Source: Clostridia bacterium
GTDB taxonomy: Bacteria; Bacillota; Clostridia; Christensenellales; DTU072
Length of the DNA: 64,000 nt
Assembly (NCBI GenBank): GCA_045601385.1
Contig: JAZRZM010000005.1
Coordinates: 823 to 64,822, forward strand
Direction: 5' to 3'
The position numbers were made by a program, and so were the translations under genes. Positions within the stretch are counted from its first letter, which is position 1, and every line of letters starts with the position of its first letter. The notes under the pieces were generated by a model. It worked only from the letters and a program-made list of their open reading frames with translations. It was not told the origin of the DNA and ran no database searches. Positions 15,914 to 24,882 of the stretch are shown here, piece after piece.

Positions 15914-18900
15914 TTACCGGACCGTCGGCACGCCGATAACGCCCGCCGGACAAAGCACATACTTGGCTGAAAAGGCAAATTTGCGAAAATCGCTCGGTCC
16001 GTCAACGTGATCGCGGCAAGCCGTACCGCGATTATGTATCGCTCCGAAAGCGTTCTGACGGGAAATATATGCCGACACATCCAACTTGTTTTCTCCCTGC
16101 ACGGTCGGTATCTTGCAGACGTACGGCGCATAGGCGATATCTTTCGTAACGCCGTTCGCGCACACTTCCACTACCGGCGCACAAAAACGTCCGACCTGTA
16201 CGGCAATGTCCCGTCCGTCGCCCATAAATGCGGTATGATAGGTCAGTTTGCCGCCGTAGAAAGGCAACCTCTGTTTGGTTATGTTCCCGAAAGAAAGAGT
16301 GGGAGCCAACTCGGTCACGACGCATTTCCCCGCCTTTACTTCCACGCCGAAGTTACCTAAAAGGAAGCAGTTTTCGGTGTCGGTATTCTCGCCGAACGGT
16401 AATACCACTTCCAATACGTTTTTCCCTTTTTTCAAATCGGGCAGCGTGATTTTTCGGATGGATTTATCGACGTAATAGCCCTTGACGACTTTTTCCACTT
16501 TCTTGCCGTTAAATGTGATTTCCGCTTTTTCGGCGTCTTCCAAGGCAAGTTCGGGAGCCCTATATTCGATTTTACTTGTAAAGGTAAACAACAAACGCAA
16601 TGTGTGATCGGCGTCTTTTTTCACCTGCGCCCACGGCTGGCAGATACTGCCGCCGTGCGGCGCGTAGCCGCACCGACGCCGACAAATATTATCGAGCGTA
16701 ATCAGATTCAAGCGCGCGCACGAATATTTCCCGTTATCGACGGCAAAGCGCGCTCTGTCCAGAACAAGGACGTTCGGCTCGTGCAAAGTATACGGGACAT
16801 TATCGCATACGGGCGTACCCTGCTCATCGGAGACAAGTTCTTTTTCGATTCTCTCAGGCTTACCGGGTTCCAATCGGATAAGAAGGCTATCGTGATTATA
16901 CATGCACGCTTCGATTTCCGTCATACCGTCTTTTTCTTCGCAAGACAGTCTCTCGGTTGTGCCGTCGAGCGTATTATAAAGCGTGGCGCTGTATTCGCCG
17001 AGAACCTTGACCGTCAGTTTCTGTCTGATAATGACGTCGTTATCGGGAAACCGCTCTTTGAACGCGCGTGCCGCAAAAAGCCAAAGTCCGCCGTCTCTTT
17101 CGCGGAGACAAGAGACAATATTGTCGGTGTGCTTTCCGCTTTCATCGTAAAATCCGACGACGCGGTAGGGTTCCAACGCGCGCAAAATCTCCTTTTTATC
17201 GAAGTTTACGCAGGACGCGTCCGAAGCAAGTTCGTACGGACGTCTTGACAATGCGGCGTCCATATACAAAGGTAAATCGCCCGCAAATATCAGTTTTCCG
17301 CCGTTTGCGACGAATTTTTCCAACCTTTCTACCGTCGTTTGCCGCAAGGTGAGACACGACGGGATCACAATGACTTTGTATTGCATCTGCCCGACGGTCA
17401 AAGGGTAATCGCCTTCTTTATTCAATTCGGGCAAAAGCGACTCGTCGATAAAATCAAAATCAAGTCCGCTTTTCACAAGCCATTCGGTCAGATCGGCAAA
17501 ACGTTTCTCCGTTTTTTGTTTGAGCCGCATATTGCGTTCGCACGTACCCCAAAGGAGCCAATAACTCTCCACCGGATGAATAACGGCGATGTCGGTTACG
17601 GCTTTTCCGCCCGTCAAAGCGGTATTGACTCTTCCGAAATGATCTTCGACAAGCCCGAATTTTTCATACCAAGGCGATTGATAAAAGATAGACGCCGGAT
17701 AGTCGCGCTTGGCTTCGCCTTTCATCGACATCATACTCAAATGCGGAACGCGAAGAGTAACGCCGAGCGCCGCTTGCCAGTCACCGTGCAATTTGTAGTT
17801 GCGGAATTCGTAGTTCCAACGCGACACGCCGTACAGTTCCGAAAGCATACCTTCTTTCCCGTATTGATGCACGACGGATTGGCACTGTTTGGCGGTCGTG
17901 AATTCGTACCGCGAACAAAGCATATCGATACCCGGTACACCAAAACCGCGATAACAGCGCATTGTCTCCCCGACTGCTCGCGTTTGGGATAACAAAGTCG
18001 GCTCTTCCATTAAATGCCCCGTAAATTCCAACCCTACTTCCCGCGCTTTTGCACCGAGATTATCGCAAAACGCTTCGGCAAAGCGATCTGCCACGTGGTC
18101 AAAATAGCGGTAACGTACGGCAGACAAGACGCCGCTCTTCGGTTCAAAGAAAAGTTCGGGCAAAAAGTCAAGAATATCCTCGTCGTATTTTTCCCGATAG
18201 GTCACTTCAAAGTCGTCCGTCCACGCTCTCTCGAAAGAAAGGGAGAGGGCAGACGGAAAGTCTTTCGCGCGGTACACTTGCGGTTCGTCGGTAAAAATAG
18301 CCCGACATTCTTTTCCCATTGCGTCGGGAAAATGCTTGGCGTAGTTGCCGTACGTGATATCGGCAAAGAGATCGATCGCTTCTTTGTTCATCGTATCGAC
18401 GTACGCCTGATTGTTGTGCCACGTCTCCGGTTTTATCACTTTCAGATAGGCGTACCACGTCGAGCCGGAGGCAGTTTCGTCGTCGCGCAAGCGGCGGTAG
18501 GAAAGGATACGACCGAAGAAAGCATGCACGCTGTAACGGGCAAGCAGTTTATTCCCTTCGAGCAGTCGCCCTTTTTCATCGAATACGGGTTTCTCCGTCC
18601 GTTCGACTTTGGTAAAGAGAAGATATCTTCCGCGATAGGCTTTATTTGCCGTCACCTTTCCGCCGGCAAACCCGGACGGCCAGCGATCTTCGTCGTAAAG
18701 CCAGGAAAGCATATTCAGTTTGCGAGAACTGTCGATACACGCGCGCACGTTTTCGTTAAACTCGTCTCCGAGATAGGGCGTCTCCAACCCGGTTCTGACA
18801 TGCATAAAGTATCCGCCGAAGCCCATTTTTTTGAAGACTTCGGTCTGCCACACGGTTTCTTCTTTATTAAGTTTCGTATTCCACGCCCAAAAAGGCGCGC

Positions 18901-18970
18901 CGCGATATTCACTCGTCGGATTGGAAAACAGTTCTTTGGAAAAGGGTTCTTTACTCTTCGGATAAATCAT
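15914..18970 (-). CDS. large glycoside-hydrolase-like protein (family not assignable by eye)
   Basis: 1018 aa. N-terminal YRGAPFWAWN...GFGGYFMHVRTGL...WLYDEDRWPSGFAGG is a signature I recall from uncharacterised GH (GH106-like / jelly-roll) proteins. No signal peptide. Confidence 0.5.
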   Translation of the reverse strand: MIYPKSKEPFSKELFSNPTSEYRGAPFWAWNTKLNKEETVWQTEVFKKMGFGGYFMHVRTGLETPYLGDEFNENVRACIDSSRKLNMLSWLYDEDRWPSGFAGGKVTANKAYRGRYLLFTKVERTEKPVFDEKGRLLEGNKLLARYSVHAFFGRILSYRRLRDDETASGSTWYAYLKVIKPETWHNNQAYVDTMNKEAIDLFADITYGNYAKHFPDAMGKECRAIFTDEPQVYRAKDFPSALSLSFERAWTDDFEVTYREKYDEDILDFLPELFFEPKSGVLSAVRYRYFDHVADRFAEAFCDNLGAKAREVGLEFTGHLMEEPTLLSQTRAVGETMRCYRGFGVPGIDMLCSRYEFTTAKQCQSVVHQYGKEGMLSELYGVSRWNYEFRNYKLHGDWQAALGVTLRVPHLSMMSMKGEAKRDYPASIFYQSPWYEKFGLVEDHFGRVNTALTGGKAVTDIAVIHPVESYWLLWGTCERNMRLKQKTEKRFADLTEWLVKSGLDFDFIDESLLPELNKEGDYPLTVGQMQYKVIVIPSCLTLRQTTVERLEKFVANGGKLIFAGDLPLYMDAALSRRPYELASDASCVNFDKKEILRALEPYRVVGFYDESGKHTDNIVSCLRERDGGLWLFAARAFKERFPDNDVIIRQKLTVKVLGEYSATLYNTLDGTTERLSCEEKDGMTEIEACMYNHDSLLIRLEPGKPERIEKELVSDEQGTPVCDNVPYTLHEPNVLVLDRARFAVDNGKYSCARLNLITLDNICRRRCGYAPHGGSICQPWAQVKKDADHTLRLLFTFTSKIEYRAPELALEDAEKAEITFNGKKVEKVVKGYYVDKSIRKITLPDLKKGKNVLEVVLPFGENTDTENCFLLGNFGVEVKAGKCVVTELAPTLSFGNITKQRLPFYGGKLTYHTAFMGDGRDIAVQVGRFCAPVVEVCANGVTKDIAYAPYVCKIPTVQGENKLDVSAYISRQNAFGAIHNRGTACRDHVDGPSDFRKFAFSAKYVLCPAGVIGVPTVR

Positions 18971-18985
18971 TCTTTTTCACCTCAT

Positions 18986-20089
18986 TTATAAAAGTCTGTC
19001 GATGATCGCGTCCGCATCTTTCATTTTATTTTCCATATCGGAGACCAGTTTGAATTGATTTCGGGCTCTTACAAGGTTATGTTCGGGATACCCAACGCGG
19101 AAATACTTGTCCCCGTCAAGATAATCGGTCAAGAAACGCATGCCTGTTTCGAGCGTGATGACGACAGCCCCGAGCGGAAGAAGACGGATTTCTTTTTCGG
19201 TGATAAAACCTTTCAGTTCACCCACGTATCCGGTAGCGAACGCCTCGAACATATCGAGGGACATGCCGACTTTATCGAGATCCTTTTCATCTTCGGGCGC
19301 GGAAGAAGCGCCGTACCGTATCGCGTCGCCGAAGTCATACAAGACGCTCCCCGGCATAACGGTATCGAGGTCGATGACGCAGACGCTTTTTTGCGTTTTT
19401 GTGTCGATCAGAATATTGTTGAGTTTGGTATCGTTATGCGTAACGCGCATAGGAATAACGCCTTTTTCCAAAAGATCGACAATACTTACGCACGTTTTTT
19501 CGCGGGACAAAACGAATTCTATTTCGCTTGCCACGCCGTCGCGCCGACCGGACAGATTTTTTTCGACCGCCTCGCGGAACTTGCGCAAACGGTCTTTTGT
19601 GTTATGGAAATTGTCGATGACTTCGCCGATCGTAGACGTGTCGAAGTCGGCAAGCATCTTGGTAAACTTGCCGAAACTTCTTCCCACTTCGGTAAAAAAC
19701 GTCGGACCGGGGCAGGCGTCGTAGGTCTCCGCGCCTTCGATAAAGTCGTACATGCGCCACGGTGCGTTTTCTTCGTCGCGGTAATAGTTTTTTCCGTCTC
19801 TCAACTTATGAAACCGCAACGTACAGCGCGTTTCGTCTTCTCCCGCAAGCGCGGCTTTTTGTCGGATAAAATCGGTCACCGACATCACGTTATGCATCAG
19901 TACGTCCATTTTCGGAAAGACGTATTCGTTCATTTTTTGTAGGACGTAGCGCTTTTTCCCCTCGTTTTCCAACGCCGTAGTAACAAAAAAAGTGCGGCTG
20001 ATATGCCCGATAAAGCACTCCTCAACCGCTATTACTTTTTCGTTATTGACGTCAAAATGCGAGAAAACTTCCCGTATTTTATACAACAT
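18986..20089 (-). CDS. aminoglycoside-phosphotransferase-fold sugar anomeric kinase (NahK / AmgK-like)
   Basis: 367 aa. RYVLQKMNEYVFPKMDVLMHNVMSVTDF is colinear with the N-acetylhexosamine 1-kinase N-lobe. Catalytic loop THNDTKLNNIL and DLDT are present. Confidence 0.7.
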   Translation of the reverse strand: MLYKIREVFSHFDVNNEKVIAVEECFIGHISRTFFVTTALENEGKKRYVLQKMNEYVFPKMDVLMHNVMSVTDFIRQKAALAGEDETRCTLRFHKLRDGKNYYRDEENAPWRMYDFIEGAETYDACPGPTFFTEVGRSFGKFTKMLADFDTSTIGEVIDNFHNTKDRLRKFREAVEKNLSGRRDGVASEIEFVLSREKTCVSIVDLLEKGVIPMRVTHNDTKLNNILIDTKTQKSVCVIDLDTVMPGSVLYDFGDAIRYGASSAPEDEKDLDKVGMSLDMFEAFATGYVGELKGFITEKEIRLLPLGAVVITLETGMRFLTDYLDGDKYFRVGYPEHNLVRARNQFKLVSDMENKMKDADAIIDRLL

Positions 20090-20094
20090 AAGTA

Positions 20095-20940
20095 TTATAA
20101 TCCTTTATACAATCCGCGTTCGATAAGATCGGTCATCGCCGCTTTGACTGCCGGCGAATCCTCTTTATAGGTCACGCCGAACCACTTTTCGGGCGTGGGA
20201 ATAACCTTGATTTTCGCACCTTGCGTACGAATCAATTCGTCCAGAAGAAGGGGCAGATAAAATTCGTCTTTCATAGGATTGGTCATGCCTGCATAGAAAG
20301 CGCGGAACTTTTCTTCCATAATACCGAACAGCGACGGGAAGAGTCCCCACATATTCATCGAGGCGACCGAGTCAAGCGGAATGCCGCTGTCTTTCGTGAT
20401 GGCTTTGCATTCGTCCACACCGGCAAGGTAGCCGTCTTTTACCGCGCAGATACCGCGCGAAACCGAACCGTTATCGGTGAGCGTTTGTCCGAGACGAAAA
20501 CCGATATTGCACATTTCGTCGGAAGAAACGAGATGATCGTGCAACAGTTTATACGACTGCTGACCGTAGTAGTCGTCGGCATTGATTACGCCGAAAGGAG
20601 AATCGACGACCTTTTCGCAACACATAATCGCGTGCGCCGTTCCCCACGGCTTGGTTCTGCCCTCGGGCACGGTCAGTCCCGCCGGAATATCGTCCATCTG
20701 TTGGAACGCATATTCGACGTCAACCATTTTTTCGATACGTTTTCCGACGACTTCGCGAAAATCGGCTTCGTGCTCTTTTTTGATAATCATAACGACTTTA
20801 TCAAAGCCCGCCTTTACGGCGTCATAGACCGAAAAATCGATCAGAATTTCTCCGTTCGGTCCCAGGGGCGCGATTTGTTTCATTCCGCCGAAACGACTGC
20901 CCATACCGGCAGCCAGGACGACTAACGTGGTTTTTCTCAT
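20095..20940 (-). CDS. sugar-1-phosphate nucleotidyltransferase
   Basis: Starts MRKTTLVVLAAGMGSRFGG (the GxGxRF/L NTP-transferase signature). The internal ATG at 20940 has GGGAGG upstream. Confidence 0.8.
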   Translation of the reverse strand: MRKTTLVVLAAGMGSRFGGMKQIAPLGPNGEILIDFSVYDAVKAGFDKVVMIIKKEHEADFREVVGKRIEKMVDVEYAFQQMDDIPAGLTVPEGRTKPWGTAHAIMCCEKVVDSPFGVINADDYYGQQSYKLLHDHLVSSDEMCNIGFRLGQTLTDNGSVSRGICAVKDGYLAGVDECKAITKDSGIPLDSVASMNMWGLFPSLFGIMEEKFRAFYAGMTNPMKDEFYLPLLLDELIRTQGAKIKVIPTPEKWFGVTYKEDSPAVKAAMTDLIERGLYKGL

Positions 20941-21122
20941 AAAATTACCTCCCGTATGACATAAGTCATATTTATTATATGTTTTATATTTACAGTGTAT
21001 CATTTTTGATTCGAATACGCAACCCTTTTTTAGAAAACGTCACAAAAAAATGCGTAACGAAAACACCCCTTCCAAACCGTTTTTCCGTCATTATTCGCCG
21101 CAAAAAAACATACAATATCGGT

Positions 21123-22175
21123 ATGAAAAAAGTCGTCGCGGCGTCTTTCGGGTTTGTCGGCACGGTTATCGGCGCCGGGTTTGCCTCGGGCAAAGAAATC
21201 GCCCTGTACTTCGGTCAATCGGGCGTCGTCACCCCCGCTCTTTCCGGATTGATTCTCGCTCTTTTTGCCTATCTGTTTTGCGAAACGGGCCGAACCGTCG
21301 GCGATCCGACCGCACTTTTTCCCAAAGGCAAAAAACCGTTTTCGATTTGCGTCGAACTGTCAAACGCCGCCGTGTTTTGTACGACTGTCGCCGGAAGCGA
21401 ACAAACCGTTCTTTCTCTTTGCGGCTTTCACGGCGGAGCAATCATAACGGTTCTTCTGACGCTCGCCACTCTCTTTTTCGGTAAAAAAATCTCTTCGGCG
21501 CTGTCCGTCGTTTCCGTCGTCGCCATTCTCGTCATGATCGGTTATTTGTTTTTCGCCTCGGATATTCCTCTCCCGACAGGAAAATTCAGTCCCCTGTCCG
21601 CGTCTGTCTACGCAGGCATGAACATGCTTACGGGCGGATTCTTTATATCGTCGATGAGTCGTGACTTCACAAAAAAAGACAGCGTACGCACCGCTGTCCT
21701 GACTTTTTTTCTGCTCACCGCTCTTCTTCTCGCCGTCTTCTGCATCGGCAAAAACCACACGGACGAAACCTTTCCTCTGCTCGCCGCAGCCGAAGATCTG
21801 CACGTCGAAAAACTCGGCTCCGCCGTCCTTTTCCTCGCCATGTACACAACCTGCGTCGGCACGATGACCGTCGCCGGCAAAAACGTCCCGGAAAAAAACC
21901 TCGCTCTTGCCTCCGCTTCTCTTCTCGTCTCTTGCCTCGGCTTTGAAAAACTGCTCTCTACGCTCTATCCTATCATCGGCGTGCTCGGCGGATTCTTTTG
22001 CGTCGTTACCGCCGTCTTTTATCTGAAAGAAAAACCCGACAAAAATAATACGTTATCAGTAAGCGACAACCGTAATCCGCTCGTTGTCAAAAACGGCGGT
22101 TCCGGCAAGAGCGGCAGGAAGCGTCAGAGAAACAAGGTCGGTGTTATTAAAAGCACTTTGGGCAACCGAATTTAA
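21123..22175 (+). CDS. polytopic membrane protein (YkvI-like transporter family)
   Basis: Starts MKKVVAASFGFVGTVIGAGFASGKEI, followed by about 10 hydrophobic segments. The frame stays open for 120 nt into the convergent gene. Confidence 0.55.
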   Translation: MKKVVAASFGFVGTVIGAGFASGKEIALYFGQSGVVTPALSGLILALFAYLFCETGRTVGDPTALFPKGKKPFSICVELSNAAVFCTTVAGSEQTVLSLCGFHGGAIITVLLTLATLFFGKKISSALSVVSVVAILVMIGYLFFASDIPLPTGKFSPLSASVYAGMNMLTGGFFISSMSRDFTKKDSVRTAVLTFFLLTALLLAVFCIGKNHTDETFPLLAAAEDLHVEKLGSAVLFLAMYTTCVGTMTVAGKNVPEKNLALASASLLVSCLGFEKLLSTLYPIIGVLGGFFCVVTAVFYLKEKPDKNNTLSVSDNRNPLVVKNGGSGKSGRKRQRNKVGVIKSTLGNRI

Positions 22176-23648
22176 CTTTGAGGCTGCCGAAATATAAAAT
22201 TCAGACAAATTTTCACATCCCGCAAAAGCATTTTCGGAAAGGGTAGTCACGCTATCGGGCAAAGTAAACGCAATCAGAGCCTTGCAGTCGCCGAAAGCCG
22301 ACTTCCCGACGCGGATAAGACCGTCCGGCAAGGATATTTCATTCAGGGACACACACCCGAAAAAGCACTTGTCGTCCAAAACAAGCAAACCGCTTGGCAA
22401 GACGACTTTTTGCAAGGCGGTGCAAAATTGAAAAGCGGAAACGTTCAGCACGGTCCTCTCGTTTCCCTCTTCGAAGGTGACGTTCCGCAAGTTTTTACAG
22501 GACATAAACGCCTGCGCAAAATCAAGGTCGTACGTAGACGGAACGGTCAGATTGACGATCGGAGACGAATTGGAAGAAGTGGGCGTAAAGCCGGCTTTTT
22601 TGATCGCGCGCACAGGAAGCGATTCGTGCCCGTTCGGCAAAACGACGTCGCCGGGAAAACGATCGGGATCCTTTGCGGACAGTTCGTAATAGTCGTTGCC
22701 GAAGTTGTCCGTTTTTTGTTCAAAAGAAAAATACGAATCGGGCGTGGCGACCGAGGCGTTTGAGTTTACCCATTTTGCATACAGCGTGAAATTGTCCGAC
22801 AAAAAAACGTCCGCTTTCCAGTTGTAGGCGACTTGGCAGTCCTCGTCTTCATACCAACCCAAAAAGATTTTTTCGGCGCAGACGGGATCGGACGGTCTTT
22901 CGAGATAAGAACGGATGTTGCCCGTAAACGGTTCGACCGCGCTTCCGCCGTTTGAGTCGAATGTGACGGTAAACGTGCGCGTGGAATACTCGTATTCGTA
23001 CGAAGAACAAACGGTTATATTGTCTTTCAAATCGATTAAACGGTCCTGCGTAACGTCCGTTTCGGTCCCGTCGTCGTTGACGATAACCCATTTTTTCGCA
23101 ACAATGCGCCTTGCCGAGCCATCGGGCTCATTGTTATCGTCATAAAAATATGGAACTTCGGGCAGATCGCCGAGCGCAAGACTGCCACCGAACGGCACGC
23201 CGATATAGGGCGTCGTTTCGTAGGCTTTGACGGTATCTCCGTCGCGTAAGAAAAAGCAAACCAGCACGTCTTTTTGCTTGGTGGTGACGGTATACTTCTT
23301 GATTCGGTCGATGTCCCTTTTGCCGTCGGAGCCGGTCAGGCGCAAGATGACCGTATACTTTTTCCCGCGTTCGAGCGTCACCGTACGGCGACTTGCGACG
23401 GGTAATTCGACATTCTCCTCGTCATACACGCGCACCGACAAATTGAGATTGTATACGGCGGCGTATTTGTCGTAATCGGGAATCGAATAGCGCAAAGTGT
23501 ACTCTCCCGCTTCGACGTCCGTCACGTCGTCGGCAAAGATTTCCGGTCCGTCCGCTCTCCCCGTACAGGCGACGAGCGCAACGACAAAAAACATAATCAG
23601 AAGCGCGATTATACCTTTTTTATTCATCATTTTTTTATCCACATTCAT
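22056..23648 (-). CDS. surface lipoprotein with a Listeria-Bacteroides (Flg_new) repeat and BspA-type leucine-rich repeats
   Basis: Lipobox VVALVAC near the N-terminus. FTVTFDSNGGS...FLGWYEDEDCQ...FTLYAKW is a Flg_new repeat. The C-terminal units 'F.gC..L..v.lP..l..i...aF' are BspA-like LRRs. The start codon is ambiguous (23648, 23630 or 23627) and none has a strong SD. Confidence 0.8.
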   Translation of the reverse strand: MNVDKKMMNKKGIIALLIMFFVVALVACTGRADGPEIFADDVTDVEAGEYTLRYSIPDYDKYAAVYNLNLSVRVYDEENVELPVASRRTVTLERGKKYTVILRLTGSDGKRDIDRIKKYTVTTKQKDVLVCFFLRDGDTVKAYETTPYIGVPFGGSLALGDLPEVPYFYDDNNEPDGSARRIVAKKWVIVNDDGTETDVTQDRLIDLKDNITVCSSYEYEYSTRTFTVTFDSNGGSAVEPFTGNIRSYLERPSDPVCAEKIFLGWYEDEDCQVAYNWKADVFLSDNFTLYAKWVNSNASVATPDSYFSFEQKTDNFGNDYYELSAKDPDRFPGDVVLPNGHESLPVRAIKKAGFTPTSSNSSPIVNLTVPSTYDLDFAQAFMSCKNLRNVTFEEGNERTVLNVSAFQFCTALQKVVLPSGLLVLDDKCFFGCVSLNEISLPDGLIRVGKSAFGDCKALIAFTLPDSVTTLSENAFAGCENLSEFYISAASKLNSVAQSAFNNTDLVSLTLPAALAGTAVFDNERITVVAY

Positions 23649-23826
23649 TATACAGGAATGTCGCCGAAAAGTAAACTCTTTCCACCGAAAAGGGTTCCCG
23701 ATTACACCTCCGTTTCAGTTTTTCGACTTTTTTCGCTTGTGGAAAACCCAAAAAATGTGGATAACCGCGGGTAAATTGTGGACAAATCCTGTATAAATGT
23801 GGATAACCGCGTATAATTGTGGATAA
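23635..23826. promoter_or_regulatory. cluster of six DnaA boxes
   Basis: TTATCCACA at 23635-43. On the other strand: TGTGGAAAA 23738-46, TGTGGATAA 23756-64, TGTGGACAA 23777-85, TGTGGATAA 23798-806, TGTGGATAA 23818-26. Confidence 0.85.
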
Positions 23827-23869
23827 CCGACCGTTTTGCGTCAAAGAAAAAATCCGAACGAAAACGCAT

Positions 23870-23895
23870 AAAAAAAGGTGCCTTTCGGCACCCTT
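23870..23895 (-). terminator. rho-independent terminator after recR
   Basis: The minus strand reads GGGUGCC-gaaa-GGCACC followed by U7. Confidence 0.75.
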
Positions 23896-23922
23896 ACAAA
23901 CGGCTTTTTGCAAAGCGTATTT

Positions 23923-24501
23923 TTATAAATCTTTTCGATCGGACAAAGCCCTTTGCAAAGTGACTTCGTCGGCATATTCGATTTCCGAACCGACCGAAAT
24001 ACCGTACGCAAGGCGCGTGACGCGGATCCCGAGGGGCTTGATTTGTCCGGCGAGGTAAGACGCCGTCAGTTCGCCGCTGATGTCGGGGTTGGTGGCGATA
24101 ATGACTTCTTCCACGCCGACAAGGCGCGCCATCAGTTCCTTGATACGGATATCGTCTACCCCGACGCCGTTCCGAAAGTCGATCGTACCGTGCAAGACGT
24201 GATACACGCCTTTGTACGAACCGAGTTTTTCAAAAGGCGCGATGTCCTTTGGTTGCGCCACGACGCAAATGATTTTTTTAGAGCGGCTTTGGCAAAATTC
24301 GCAAAGGTCGTCCTCGGTATAATTGCCGCATTCGGGGCAAAATCGGACGTTCCTCTTTACTTGCAAAATCGCCTCGGCAAACTCCTCCGCCCTGCTTTGA
24401 TCGCCCTCGACAATGCTGTACGCATACCGAAGAGCCGTTTTTGTGCCGACTCCGGGCAAAGCGCGAAAGCACGCGGTCAGGCGAGAAATCGAGTCGGTCA
24501 T
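23923..24501 (-). CDS. recR: recombination protein RecR
   Basis: LPGVGTKTALRYAY (HhH), zinc finger CPECGNYTEDDLCEFC, and a Toprim region. 192 aa. Confidence 0.95.
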   Translation of the reverse strand: MTDSISRLTACFRALPGVGTKTALRYAYSIVEGDQSRAEEFAEAILQVKRNVRFCPECGNYTEDDLCEFCQSRSKKIICVVAQPKDIAPFEKLGSYKGVYHVLHGTIDFRNGVGVDDIRIKELMARLVGVEEVIIATNPDISGELTASYLAGQIKPLGIRVTRLAYGISVGSEIEYADEVTLQRALSDRKDL

Positions 24502-24502
24502 A

Positions 24503-24850
24503 TCAGAAGAGACCTCCGCCCAGTCCGCCCGTCAGCGGTCCCATAACCTTTTGATATTCTTCTTCCACACCTTCCATCGCTTCGTTGAACCCGGCGAGAA
24601 TCAAGTCCTGCAACATCTCCACGTCGTCCGGATCGACCGCCTCTTTGGCGATTTTGATGCCCGTCAGTTTGCGGTCGCACGTCATTGTGACTTCGACCAT
24701 GCCGCCACCGGCCGTACCGACGACTTCCGTCTCCGCGAGTTGCGCTTGCGCTTCCTGCATATCCGCTTGCATCTTTTGCGCCTGCCGCATCAGTTGTTGC
24801 ATATTTCCGCCGCCGCCGAAGCCGCCGCCGAATCCGTTGAATTTACCCAT
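24503..24850 (-). CDS. ybaB: YbaB/EbfC family nucleoid-associated protein
   Basis: 115 aa. NMQQLMRQAQKMQADMQEAQ...GGGMVEVTMTCDRKL...DPDDVEMLQDLILAGFNEA is canonical for the family. Confidence 0.9.
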   Translation of the reverse strand: MGKFNGFGGGFGGGGNMQQLMRQAQKMQADMQEAQAQLAETEVVGTAGGGMVEVTMTCDRKLTGIKIAKEAVDPDDVEMLQDLILAGFNEAMEGVEEEYQKVMGPLTGGLGGGLF

Positions 24851-24882
24851 TTTGTTTTTCTCCTTGTCCGTTTATTTTTTTC

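Noticed and set aside
13783-15939. 718-aa plus-strand ORF. Similar long ORFs occur at 36188-38419 (743 aa), 53422-55545 (707 aa), 5639-6676, 8972-10045, 12101-13216, 18014-18991, 27358-28533, 41649-42893 and 47461-48492.
   Set aside because: Each lies entirely antisense to a confidently recognised gene (secA, glnN-type GS, the giant lipoprotein, putP, and others). Each has the R/H/F/V-rich, low-complexity composition typical of the reverse frame of a coding region. No motif is recognisable.
20941-21003. N-terminal extensions of track ORFs (20095-21003, 20979-22175, 4240-5190, 24883-25566, 28593-29423, 33816-34355, 39233-40348, 59588-60529, 62452-63411).
   Set aside because: In each case an internal ATG preceded by a good Shine-Dalgarno sequence coincides with the start of the recognisable domain or signal peptide. 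The upstream extension overlaps a neighbouring gene or intergenic promoter region.
23635-23826. The DnaA-box cluster as the chromosomal origin oriC.
   Set aside because: No dnaA or dnaN is adjacent and no clear AT-rich unwinding element is present. The major essential genes on both sides share the minus strand, so there is no replication-associated strand switch. It is kept as a non-origin DnaA-box cluster hypothesis pending GC-skew analysis of the whole replicon.
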